DNA of 64,000 nt from Octopus sinensis (lineage: Eukaryota). This document shows positions 1-12,600 of the stretch, piece after piece. The stretch lies in assembly GCF_006345805.1 (NCBI RefSeq), contig NC_043013.1, positions 42,656,001 to 42,720,000 on the forward strand, given 5' to 3'. Each line of letters opens with the position of its first letter. The first letter of the stretch is position 1. Made by a program: the position numbers and the translations under genes. The notes below the pieces were generated by a model. That model was not told where the DNA came from and made no database searches. It saw only the letters and a list, made by a program, of their open reading frames with translations.

Positions 1-656
1 AAATATCCTGCTCAACACCACAGATTTGCTTGTCAGCTGCTTGACCTTAACCAGTTGAGCATGTCCCTCAGTGGCTGACAATATGTGCATCTTTGATCAT
101 GAGCAGTCGGGGAGCATCATAGCCATATGTTGAGAGGGATTCTTTGGGGGCTTCAATAGATTTTAAAAAAGCAAAGTTTGAAGGAAATATTAGCCAGTTT
201 TCATACTTTCTAAGGGTAAGCAAACAAGAAATGACAGTTGCTATCCAAGGACAAAAATCATGTTACACAGTGCTATCTATCTTCAATACTTTCAGTACTA
301 CACATTCACCAAAACAACCAGACAGAAGATAACTACCAGACTTTCCCAATCAAAATGGAAATCAGTGGGAGATTTTTCATGCTGGAATCAGCAGGCAACT
401 GGATCCATAATCACACAACAACAGCTGTTTGACAAAATCCAATAAATCAGCAATGACTGAACACTGAATAAATGCATGCACAACAGATTATACATCTCAG
501 ACAGGCTGGCTGATGGCATGGAGAGGACCAGAAGAGTACTTTTTGTGGCATCAGGTGTCTTGAACTGACAAAGCAGCCCAGTAGCCATGTCAGACCAGAA
601 ATTTCAAGAACGATAGGAATACCAAGATGATTCTGAACAGATTAGTGAGTGACCGT

Positions 657-990
657 GAAGGTGCATGGCTCAGTGGTTAGAGTGTTGAGCTTACGATCGT
701 GAGGTTGTGAGTTCGAATCCCGGACCAGGCTGCGTATTGTGTTCTTGAGCAAGACACTATATTTCATGTTGCTCCAGTTCACTCAGCTGTAGAAATGAGT
801 TGCAATGTCACAGGTGCCAAGCTGTATCGGCTGTTGCCCTTCCCTTGGATAACATCAGTGGCGTGGAGAGGGGAGGCCTGTATGCATGGGCGACTGCTGG
901 TCTTCCATAAACAACCTTGCCCGGACTTGTACCTGGGAGGGTAACTTTCTAGGTGCAATCCTACGGTCAGTCATGACCAAAGGGGGTCTC
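657..990 (+). mobile_element. SINE family 3 (tRNA head, Meta-domain-like TTGTGTTCTTGAGCAAGACACT core)
   Basis: TGGCTCAGTGG A-box and GTTCGAATCC B-box; copies at 44096-44432(+), 44626-44955(-), with fragments at 1035-1165 and 60263-60370. Confidence 0.85.
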
Positions 991-2179
991 AGCAGTGAGT
1001 GACCAAATAATAAAATAGCATACGTTATACAATGAAGGTACATGGTCTAGTGGTTAAGGTGTTGCAGTTTCAAATAACAGATAGGGCAGTGTGTTGTGTT
1101 CTTGAGCAAAACACCTCATTTTACATTGCTTCAGTCCACTCAGTTGTAAATGAGTAGCCCTGCGACAATCTGGCATCATATTCACTTATGCACCATGGAA
1201 ACGAGCCCTATGAGTCCTAACTCTCAAAGCAGTTGTGTCCAGGGGTTGATGATAAGGTCTTACACATTTAACAACACAAACACTGTTATAATTATATACT
1301 GCTTGATATACAGACAAAATACTGCTAAGCATTGTCAACTTTGCCTTTCATCCTTTTGGAGTTGATAAATTAAGTACCAGTTGCATATTGGGGTCGATCT
1401 AATCGACTGGCCTCTCCCCAAAAATTTCTGGCCTTGTGACTAGAGTAGAAAAGTATAATGATATAGTGTTTGTCTACCAATTCTGCTAAGCTACCAACAA
1501 CAATTTTTTTTTTTTTTTTTATCACAAGTGCAATGGATAAGGGGACATTAGAAGGACAAGTTACAAACCAGTTGAGGTTAGGATCAAGAATTAAGTATAT
1601 GAGAAAGCAGATGAGAATAAACAATATAAATGACAATGTCTCCATAGGGACACAGCCATTTGGGGTATAGTCAGAAACCCTACAGATTCCGGGTTTTTCA
1701 TACTATCAAGAGCAAGAGCCTTGTCCCAGCAGTGGTCAACAGCCATACATTCACATACTCAGAGTAAACCCATTCACTCAGGTCACACATTCACATGCTC
1801 TGTATAGACCCAACCACTCAAGCCATACTCAATCCCTTTCAGGAAATTTACAGGAAGGCAATACTTCTCCCCATCCTCCTCTGTGAGTTGATGTGAGTTC
1901 ATCAAATAGGAAGGTCCTTATCCTCAACCTTATTAATCTCATCCTCCAAACTATTTCTCTCATCATAGCCACCAAACATAGAGGAAAAAACTGACCATCC
2001 TTACTTCATCATTATTTGATGTCCACTTTTTCATGCTTGCATGGGTTGGGTGGAATTTGTTGAGGCAGAGTTTCTATGGTTGGATGTTTTTTCCTGTTAC
2101 CAACCCTCATCATTTCCAAAGCTCAAAATCATTTCCAGAGCTCAAAATCTCTTGTGGAAGCGTCATCCAACCAAAATGC

Positions 2180-2465
2180 AAATATACGGGAAACTACCAC
2201 CTGTGTCATCTCTCGTGAAAGGTAGGAGAGTCCAGTTTGCTGGATATTGTTGTAGAGCGGAAAACGAGGCAATTTCTACTCTTCTCCTCTGGAGGCGATC
2301 TACTCGCGATACCAGAGGGTGCACACTCTCCTACCCTGTTGTAATCTCCAGGGATACAGGCATCCAGCAACAAGACCTCCGTAATGCTATGATGGACCGT
2401 GAAGTCTGGTGTTGCATAGTAAATTCCATTGTCTCGACCACAGTCGAATAATGATGATGATGTTG
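2180..2465 (+). mobile_element. Non-LTR retrotransposon 3' end (RTE-like)
   Basis: RVQFAGYCCRAENEAISTLLLW...ISRDTG..QDLRNAMMDREVW resembles an RT C-terminus, followed by a stop and a (GAT)n tail. Confidence 0.75.
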
Positions 2466-3382
2466 ATTTCCAAAGCAAGCAAGCAAGGTAGAATATCACA
2501 TGACAAGGCATGGTTTTAACAGAAGACCAGAAACAAACCACTTGTATGAGAGTGACTTACAACAATCACACACTATCAAGACAAGGTACACACACACACA
2601 CACACACAAAATGGGCTTCTTTCAATTTCCATCTCACAAATTCACTCACAAGTTTTAGACCCTTGTTAACCCTTATCTCACCATATTTCTGTTAAATTAC
2701 ATTTTTTTCTTTTGGAAAATAATGAAAACTAGATGGTAAAATAATTTTCTCGTTATTAAGCTGATGCTTGAAATAAATTAAACATGAAATTTTAATGGGA
2801 GGTTTTAATTTAAACCACTTTCAAACAGAGTTTATACCAGAACCAGGGGCAGTTTCAGGCAGGTTGGTATGAAAAGGGTAAATGAAAATAAAAATGACAT
2901 GACCTAGTAGGTCATAATTTGATAACATTATTTGGATTTACACATTAAGCAGATTTAGCGTTTAGTATGACTCACTGAGTAATGCATTTATAATTCAGTT
3001 AAGTCACAATGAAATTTTATTTCCATGTGGTCATAAAGTGTGACACAAGCTTCAAATAAAAGCTGGTATACTTTGAACACATGTCAGCTACATCAGCACT
3101 GACTTAGGACTAAACAACAACAACACATAAAAACAAACACCAAAGTTCAACTTTTATATTAACAGACCAAAGCCACAATTCTCTACCTAGGGTTACTCTT
3201 TTAGCTGTTTCAGGCATTTGACTGTGGCCATGTTGGAGCACTGCCTCTAGTCGAGCAAATCGACCCCAGGACTTATTCTTTGTAAGCCTAGTACTTATTC
3301 TATCGGTCTCTTTGGCTGAACCGCTAAGTTACGGAGACGTAAACACACCACCATTGGTTGTCAAGCGATGTTGGGGTGACAA

Positions 3383-3414
<32 letters not shown>

Positions 3415-3607
3415 ATATATACGATGGACTTCTTTCAGTTTCCATTTACCAAATCCACTCACAAGGCTTTGGTTGGCCCGAGGCAATAGCAGAAGACACT
3501 TGCCCAAGGTGCCACGCAGTGGGACTGAACCCGGAACCATGTGGTTCGTAAGCAAGCTACTTACCACAGCCACTCCTACGCCTTAACTTGTTTAACTCTT
3601 TTGTTAC

Positions 3608-3803
3608 TGTTGTGGTGATAGACATTAAACACTCCTGTGAGATTAAAAGACAAACTCTTTCAACTCTTATAAAGAGTAACATTATCATTAAGACAGCGGA
3701 TGACATTTGGAGTCTACTGTAGCAGTAGTCAAAGTACATCTTTGAATACATTGCTTCACCTCAGATTCATTACAGCATATATCCAAAACACAAGGATATA
3801 AAA
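3608..3803 (+). repeat. 5' LTR of the Gypsy element
   Basis: Aligns by eye with 7760-7952; begins TGT. Confidence 0.85.
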
Positions 3804-5392
3804 GTGGTGATGAGATACCCAAAGCTTGTGTCAGACGTTAAAATTTTTTGGTACAAAATCAAAGAAACAAAATGTTAACATGGGGCACTTATCAGCCTGC
3901 ATGGTGCAGTTGCAACAGCAACTAAAACAGCAACAAAAACAACTGCCAGAATTAATATTGAAGAAGTCTGAAAGTACTTCAGGGTCATTCACACCAGACA
4001 GTGTAGTGGACTCAAATGGCGAATTCATTTATAACCCAGAAGATATTTCTCTCTCTGCATATTTTCGAAGATACAAAGAAATCTTCAAAGAAGAATGTAG
4101 AAACTGGACTGATGAGTAAAAAGTGCAACTACTTTTTAGGAAGTTATCCCCTGCCGAACACGAAAAATATTGTAATTATATTCTGCTGAAGAAACCAAGT
4201 GTGATTTATTTCGATGAAACAATTAACTTATTGAAAATTTTCAGTGAAAGAAGTTCCCTGTTAAATACTCGCTGGCAGTGTTTAGGTTTGGCTAAAAAAG
4301 ATGAAGATTTCATCACCTATGCTAGGGTTGTTAACAGAGTGTGTGAAAAATTTTAAATTATTAATGATAAATACCCATAAAGGAGTGTATAAATTTGATC
4401 AACTTCCTTTTGGTATAAAGGTAGCACCAGGTATTTTCCAACAAGTTATGGACACTATGCTCGCAGGTTCTGATTTCACTATAGCTTACCTTGATGACAT
4501 ATTCATAAAAAGTGAATCTCGTGGTCAGCTTACAGAGCATGTTAAAAAGGTCTTTGGAAAAATAAAAGATTATGATTTTAAGCTCAGTGAGGAAAAGTGT
4601 GAATTTTTTTATGCCAAGAAGAAAATATCTAGGGCAGATTATAGATGAAAATGGATGCAGACCAGACCCGTCAAAGGTAAGTGCAATAAAAAATATACCT
4701 CCTCGAACAAACATTACAACGTTACAAGCATTTTAGGGTCCACAAATTACTACCAGGTATACATACCAACTAAGCATGATTTAAGAGCACCCTTCTGAAA
4801 AACTTGCTAAAACAAGATGTTAAGTGGAGCTGGTTGGACAAATGCCAAAAAGCTTTTGAAGAAATTAAAAACATCTTAACATTGGAATTGTCATCACATT
4901 TTGACCTAAATTTAGAAATAGTAGTAGCATCAGACACCAGTGAAAGTGGTATTAGAGTTATTATTTTACACAAGTATGAAGATGATAGGCTGAAACCTGT
5001 AGCTCATGCTTCACATTCCTTATTGCCAGCTGGGAAAGGTTAGTCAGATAGAGAAGGAAGCATTAGCCATCATATTTGCAGTAAAAAAATTCCCTAAATT
5101 TATACATGGAAGAAGATTCCATTTGCAGACAGACCACTGACCATCATTACTCTTACTCTTTTACTTGTTTCAGTCATTTGACTGTGGCCATGCTGGAGCA
5201 CTGCATTTAGTCGAGCAAATCCACCCCAGGACTTATTCTTTGTAAACCTAGTACTTATTCTATTGGTCACCTTTGCTGAACTGCTAAGTTACGGGGACGT
5301 AAACACACCAGCATCGGTTGTCAAGCAATGTTGGGGAGACAAACGCAGACACACAAACATATACACACTCATACATATACATATATATATAT

Positions 5393-6566
5393 ACTAGCAG
5401 TATCGCCCGGCGTTGCTCGGGTTGTAAGGGAAATAACTATATAAGCATTTTTAGAGAGTTATAGCCAAAAAATAGCAAAAAAAATGCATTAAAAATTGAA
5501 AAAAAATTAAGGTAAATTTTTTTTAAATCGTTGACACATCGTAGATATTTTTAGAGAGTTACTTCCCTTATATAAAAGCGAAAAAATGCATTAAAATGGA
5601 AAAATATGATGGTAAATTTTTTTTAAAATCGTAGACTCATCGTAGACGCGCGCTAATACCCAGAAGGGCTCGATATGAATCACGACTATAAGATACCCGC
5701 TTTTGGTTAAACTGCACCGCAAAATGTGGGAGTAATTACGAATGTAAATCGAAGGGGACAGACACACAACTTCACTCTTATATAAAGATGCTTTTTTTTT
5801 TCAGTCATAGAGTTAGATTTATGAAGGTCTTCAGTAGAAAATCCTTCGAATTCTGACTCGCTGCTTGATATAATGAATTCGTATCCATTTTTTGTCAGAA
5901 TTACAAATTTTGAAAACACAATAGGAACAAATTTCGGAAAAAAATCTCCCATAATTCACGGAATTAAAATTACACTTCGATTTTTGTACAAAACTGTATT
6001 TGAAGTGTTACGAAGTATAATACGTGTTTTCACGAATGTACTAAAGAGATTACTCTGATATTCTCATTAAATATGAATAGGTAAATTCGGGCGGTTTGGT
6101 AACGAAAGGGTTTATATAAGTGTCGGCTGTTTATACATAAACACTGTTTCATAGTTTCAGTTTAGTCTTCCTCAAATCACTGTCGCTAATTTACTCTCTT
6201 CCAAGAACATTTTCACTCACTGTTATCTGTTAGCTTCCCATACATTTTACTCATGTATCTATCAGCGTGATAGACAGAAACAAATATTACATTTACTTTC
6301 ATTTTATTCGTTGCCCACTGTGTGTGTGTGCGTTTGCGTGTGGTGTAAACCAGACTAAGAAAAGCATTTGACACACACACCAGAATGTGAGTTTTCTGTA
6401 AATTTTGCTTAATTGGAGTTTAAATTTTAAAAACTGGACCTGGCATGACGCGATGCATTGTACTCTTAAAACTGCTAGGTAAATTGTAATTGAAGAAATC
6501 CTATATTGTAGATTTGTATAACTCCCAAAGGGAGGCAGATAAAATCTGCCTTTTATAATAAGAGAT
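5393..6566 (-). mobile_element. Composite non-autonomous Helitron-like insertion (Helitron 5393-5789, piggyBac-type fragment about 5790-6110, second Helitron-like end) inside a SINE microsatellite
   Basis: On the - strand it starts A|TC and ends with a GC hairpin (CCCG..CGGG) plus CTAG|T; internal TIR-like GTAACGAAAGGG at 6099-6110; the SINE halves (about 5150-5392 and 6567-6725) rejoin around it. Confidence 0.7.
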
Positions 6567-7003
6567 ACAACAGGCTTCTTTCAGTTTCCGTCTACCAAAT
6601 CCACTCACAAGGTTTTGGTCAGCCTGAGGCTATAGTTGAAGACACTTACCCAAGGTGCCACGCAGTGGGACTGAACCCGGAACCATGTGGTTCGTAAGCA
6701 AGCTACTTACCACACAGCCACTCCTTTGTTGATTTATGGATCAAAAAAGGGTATCCCCACACATACAGCCAACAGATTGCAATGCTGAGGAACGATCCTA
6801 CAGAATTATGACTTCAAGATGGAATATTTGCCATCTAAATCATTGGGACATGAAGATGTTAATACCAAAATACAGTGAACCACTAGAAGACAGTAACAGC
6901 AGCATTAAGAGCCAAAAAGAAAAGAAAAAATACATTGGGCAATGTTGTACATGAAATGCCTGTCTCATTGGAGGAATTAAAAATTAAGGCAAATATAGCC
7001 AAA

Positions 7004-7344
7004 TCTCTCTATATATAAACAGCAAAATGTCTGTGTGTATGTGTCCTTTATATAAATCCACAATTTTTCAGTTTGAGGGCTCACACTTTCTATGGTCATT
7101 CAAAACCGTCCAAGGGTGATCGTGCACATCTTTACATTTCCCCAATCACCCTGCAAAGCCATTACAAAATCAATAGAAGTGACTTTTTTGTGAATTTTCT
7201 ATCCAAAACCCAATCAAAATGCCCGAAACTTGATATGCCAATTGAATGCCAGCTAACTGTATGTGACTTATCGGAGATTTGGATAGTATCGCGTGTATGT
7301 GCGCATGCACACAGCTGTATATGCATGCACTAGCACTATGACCC
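7004..7344 (+). mobile_element. Non-autonomous Helitron (same family as 19908-20272), 3'-truncated, inserted in the Gypsy element
   Basis: Starts A|TCTCTCTATATATAAAC; colinear with the reverse complement of 19908-20272. Confidence 0.8.
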
Positions 7345-7759
7345 AGTGTAAAACAGTGAAATCAGAAGAAAAAAAAAATACATGTGGTTAGCTTCAAATT
7401 TGCATTCAATATGTGATAATATGCCAATGTATGCACAGAGGGTCATAATGCCTGTATCACTATAAAATCGAATGTTAAAGGAATTTCATACTGGACAACC
7501 AGGAATTTCTAGGCTGAAGTCACTTATGGTCGAAAATAAATCTAGAATTTTTGCAAGATGTGTTGATGCCACAAGAAATCATCAAACCAAGGTATACCAG
7601 TACAAGGAAGAAAAAAACATACAGAATTGTTGGAGGTAGTTCCAAAACAAAAAAAAAAAAATTATTAAGCTTTGAGGGAAGTAAATCTCAAAAAGGGAGA
7701 CGTGATGTGAAAAAAAAAAGTTATTCCGTTCCAATAGAAGTCAATCTCAAAAGGGGAGA

Positions 7760-7952
7760 TGTGGTGATAGACATTAACACCCCTGGAGGATTAAAAGATG
7801 GACTCCTTGGACTCTTATAAAGAGTAATATTATCATTGAAATGACAGAGAGCGTTTGGAGTCTCAAGTAGCAGTAGTCAAAAGTATATTTTTGAATACAT
7901 AGCTTTACCTCCATTTTGTTAAATCATATATCTAAAATGCAAGGATACAAAA
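7760..7952 (+). repeat. 3' LTR of the Gypsy element
   Basis: Follows the polypurine tract; shares TGTGGTGATAGACATTAA...CTCTTATAAAGAGTAA...GTAGCAGTAGTCAAA...CAAGGATA with the 5' LTR. Confidence 0.85.
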
Positions 7953-9244
7953 GTTACCAATCGACACGAGACTGATCTTGGTTCCAGGGCACAAACAACC
8001 TATTTTAAAGTGATCTAAATTAAAATCTTCCATCAAAATTTGATGCTAATTTAAGTTTGAAACACCAGCTTAATAATGACCAAATTATTTTACTAAATTC
8101 TTAATTTTTTTTTAATTAATTGAAACAAAGAGAGAATATTGCAACAGAAATACCAGATCTTTTCAGTTTGACCGGCAGTTTTTAAAAATAATTTCCACGT
8201 AACTAAACACTTTTAAACTTCGTATATTGGTAGAATGTGTTTATAAAACATCTTTTTCTCTTGGCTTTATTCAGAAAATTCTATAGTTTGTAAGATATTT
8301 GTTGTCTTTTTTTCTTTAATTTCTTCAATTTCAACCAATCAATGACATCTATTGAGGTGAAAACATTCTGTGCCGTATGAATATGGCCCTCGTTTAAGAA
8401 ACAGATTGGGTTTATTTACATTTCTGAAGAAAAAAAAGATACCCTTCCCCCCACCCCTAACCCTAAAACAAATTGAAATACAATAGATCGATAATAGAGT
8501 CATAATTATAGATGACTAGAAAAAACTGCCATTCAAACGGAAAAGATCCAAAATACCATAATAAGAAGGTTAAATTTCACAAATTTGGAAAATTCTTCCC
8601 AACATTTTTTTCTATTATTAAGGTTTCTTTTACATGAAAAATCTGTCAAGTAGTAAAGACCCACTAATAGTACAGTGATTAAAAGAACTGCAATAATGTA
8701 AACTAGAGCAGGTTGTTTGTTCATAATAAGTCAAAAATATAGGACAACCAACAAACCTTTAATAAGAACAAGGTACAAACAGCCACAAATACCTATTGTC
8801 ATTGAATGTATAACTAACAATGATTGTATTTGTGCTTCTGTTGTTGCTTGACGTATATAAAATCTGAAACACATAATCTGGGACACAGTAAATGTAACTA
8901 GGGAGCAACTCCCATTGAAGACAAGGATTGCCTGAAACATATCCCATCAGAGATTTAAAAACTCACTTGTATGTATATCTCACTCGGCAGTGAGAAGAGA
9001 GTGTGAGAGAATGGGTATACATGGGTGTGTGTGTGTGTGAATAAATGCTAAGCAATGCTGCTTTTTGTAACAATATATCAAATGTGAGTCATTTTTTCTT
9101 TTCTCAAAGTTTCAAGGTTTTGATTTTGCCCAGGTTGAGAATTGCATTAATCGGGTTGCTGTTTCATCTAAAATGTACAGCAAGCAATGATCATATTATG
9201 CTGCCATACCCTTGTGGTTTAGCTAGCCAATAAATTATATCATG

Positions 9245-9622
9245 TAGGCACAGGAGTGGCTGTGTGGTAAGTAGCTTGCTTATCAACCACATGGTTCTGG
9301 GTTCAGTCCCACTGTGTGGCACTTTGGGCAAGTGTCTTCGGGCCAACCAAAGCCTTGTGAATGGATTTGGTAGACTGAAACTGAAAGAAGCCCATCGTAT
9401 ATATGTATATATATATGTTTGTGTGTCTGTGTTTGTCCCCTCCCTCAACATCGCTTGACAACCGATGCTGGTGCGTTTACGTCCCCGTAACATAGCAGTT
9501 CGGCAAAAGAGACCGATAGAATAAGTACTAGGCTTACAAAGAATAAGTCCTGGGGTCGATTTGCTCAACTAAAGGCGGTGCTCCAGCATGGCCGCAATCA
9601 AATGACTGAAACAAGTAAAGAG
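9245..9622 (+). mobile_element. SINE family 1 (tRNA-derived head, CORE-like CCTTGGGCAAGT, internal TA/TG microsatellite); representative of more than 20 full or partial copies
   Basis: A-box TGGCTGTGTGG, B-box GGTTCAGTCC, tail GACTGAAACAAGTAAAAGAG. Near-full copies at about 3195-3592(-), 12597-12990(+), 13615-14040(-), 14463-14890(+), 16285-16600(-), 16975-17345(+), 18096-18458(-), 20564-20965(+), 21186-21570(+), 36006-36420(+), 38393-38780(-), 46645-47012(-), 47146-47497(+), 58314-58787(+). Confidence 0.92.
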
Positions 9623-12600
9623 TATACATAAGTCTGATGAGTTTATTAATTTCATGCCTGTATCAAGTCTTCCCACATTTTATTTTTATACACCCTTGTG
9701 CATTGTTTTATTTCTCAAAACATCAAAACAACAAAAGAGGTCTAATAAAGCGATGTTGGGGGTGACAAACACAGACACACAAACATATACACACACATAC
9801 ATATATGACGAGCTTCTTTCAGTTTAAATCTACCAAATCCACTCACAAGGCTTTGGTCAGCCCGATGCTATAGAAAACACTTACTCAAGGTGTCACGAAG
9901 TGGGAATGAACCCGGAACCATGTGGTTGGTAAGCAAGCTACCACACAGCCACTCCTACACCTTAGCTACTTACCACACAGCCAGACACAGGCAGAGATCA
10001 CTTCATAACCATGTAGTTTTAAGCTTCTATCCCACCGCATAGCACTTTGGACAAGTAACTTCTATTATAGCTGTGTGAGTGAAATTGGTAGCAGTACTGT
10101 AAGGAAACCCATCATATGCATGCATGCATGCATGTATGTATGTATGTATGTGTTGAATCATTAATTCCTACACATTTTCGCTCTTCCTTTTTTTTTTCCT
10201 TCTCTCTCCATCCTTTGTGTCAAATAAGCATAGGCTGGAAACATCAAAGACTTTTTCATTCTTCCTGAGTGTTAAACTAACACACCTGCTTCTTGTTCTT
10301 TCATCTGTCTTCATTTGTTTTCTGAAGATTTGAACTATATACACACACACACACACACATTATCATCATCATCATCATCATTTTAGATGGTTTGATAGGA
10401 TCTGCTAGGTCTAAGGACTACATCATGCTCCAGTATTTGTTTTGGCAGGCTTCTGTAGTAGGAAGCCCTTCCTGGCGCCAACCACTTTACATTATGCAAA
10501 GGGTGCTGTTTTCATGCCACCAGCACTAGTGAGGTCACCATGGAGCTTGCAAGATTATGAACCCCAAGGTCAGGAGCAGCTTCACGTTAGAAGATGAGGG
10601 ATGAAAGTAGGAGAGAAGTGGGGAGAGAGCAAAACAGGTTTATGACTATTTGCATTTTAGAAGGGAGAACAAGAATGATGAGACAGAGCTGCAAAAAGAT
10701 AAATAGGTGGTAATGAGGTGTCCAGGTGGCCCCTCAAGATATGAGCCAAGTAGAAGCGAGCAGGGAACGAAGGACAAGGAGCGTGAGTGGTTGAGTGGGG
10801 GGGCAAGAGATGAGGGACTGGGAACGGGGAGATGGGCATCAACTGTAAAGATTAGGCAGAGCTGAAGGACAAATGTGGGAAATGATTATTCAGGGGTAGG
10901 GAAAGACCAGGGATACAAGCTTTGAGTTTGCCCATCTGAGTACGTTTGCATTCCAGCTATCTTCGCATGACATCATCGGAGCAAAAACAGTGATGTCGAT
11001 GTTATATCCCTTGTAAACAATACTTCTTGTAACTCAGGAACTGCAACATGTGAAGATCAATGAAATGAAAAAAAAAAAATCCCTTACTCGTAACACAAGT
11101 CAGAGTTAGCAACAGGAAATGGACTCGGTATAAGATACTACTGCAATAAGTCTCCATCAAACCCATGCCAGCATAGAAGAGTGAACATAAAACGATGAAA
11201 ATATGCATCTTAGTAAACTAAAAGGAGAACATGTAAACAAACGTAGTTATCTGATACATTAGCTTTTTTTTTTTGCTGCTTTTTTTTAATCACATGATTA
11301 AAAGTTTATGGAAGAAAACTTGATCATGTCATAAGACACCAAACAGTTGATGTAGTGCCTCCATCACATGACCATTCTCTTACCCTGTTCATACATGCAC
11401 TGCTCCACCCTGCTTGCTCGGTGACACATTTAATTTGCAAATATACTATCTACACCCTCTTTGCGTTGGTTATTGCCTTCTCTTCTAACATTTATTCCTC
11501 AGTACTGCCTCAAAAACATTTGTTAAAAAATAAAAGCAGACAGTCTTGAAACATCAAGATGATTCTTCTACTCATGGCATACAAACTTATCCAAAGTCAT
11601 AAACTGCTCCATATCAAAGCAAATATTCAAGGTTTTACTCAAAGACAAGCATAACTCATGAAACCCACACTATACACATACATGAAGACACACATGCTCA
11701 CACAATCCATTATGCCACACAAATTCACCAGTGCATGCACACATACAGATGAACATTCACATACATTTTCCCTTTCTCCTTCACATCTATATAAATATAG
11801 AACTTGTAGACATGGAAACAGACAAGTCAGAAGCAGACCTGAAGCAGAGAAATTACAAATGGCAACAAAGGGACTTTGACAAACTTAGCTGAGTGATTAA
11901 CAGAACAATTAAGCAAACAACTGATTAGTTAATTGGTTAAATGATTAACTAATTGACAAATAAAAATAAAGTGAAATAAAATTGAGTGCCTTGTTTGTCA
12001 TTGGCATAATGACTGTCCCGACATACAACAAAATGTGAGATTAGTGTTATGCTAGTATTGATTTCAGATTTTGGCACAAGGCCAGCAATTTCAGAAGAGG
12101 TGAGTAAGTCAATTACATCAACCCCAGTGCTCAGCTGGTACTTATTCTATTGACTCCAAAAGGATAAAAAGCTAAGCTGACCCCAGCAGAATTTGAACTC
12201 AGAATGTAATGCTAATACATGTGTTCAAGACTAAGGTGGCTACTAATTCACTGTCAGAAAGCACAGTTAATCAATTTTACAAAAGCTTCCTGACATAATG
12301 GATTATGTGCAGATATTGTCACTTAATAACAACGATCATTCAGTTAATGACTCAGTTATAATAGAACCATATCATCATTGCTTAGCTACTAGACATTTGT
12401 GATGATAAATAAAACCAGTTTCCATCAAAAGCAAATATGGTGATCATTTGAAAAAAGTTTCTGTTATGGTAAAACCCCTGGAAAATGAGGAAATAATATT
12501 TATCAGTACAACATCTCTGATAATGTCATCACTTCATAATCATTTAACATCCACTTTTCCATGCTTGCTTGATGACTCAGATAAAATTTGTTGAGGCAGG

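Larger units (their letters stand above)
3608..7952 (+). mobile_element. Decayed Ty3/Gypsy LTR retrotransposon (K02A2.6-like pol) with both LTRs and nested insertions
   Basis: Diverged direct repeats at about 3608-3803 and 7760-7952; PPT AAAAGGGGAG before the 3' LTR; PBS-like TGGTGATGAG after the 5' LTR; candidate TSD GTTAC (3603-3607, 7953-7957). Frameshifted gag (3826-4356), RT (LPFGIKVAPGIFQQVMD, AYLDDI), RNase H ([24 protein letters not shown], then IYGSKKGIPTHTANRLQ at about 6730-6870) and integrase Zn-finger remnant (KEFHTGQPGISRLKSLM, about 7400-7525). Confidence 0.92.

Noticed and set aside
657-730. tRNA-like sequences with A and B boxes (here and at many SINE heads)
   Set aside because: They run directly into SINE bodies, occur in many diverged copies and do not complete a cloverleaf; not tRNA genes.
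8757-8863. Open 107-nt minus-strand segment with good splice sites (FYIRQATTEAQIQSLLVIHSMTIGICGCLYLVLIK)
   Set aside because: No resemblance to LMBR1, incompatible phase with exon 1, and no partner exons found; cannot be supported without transcripts.
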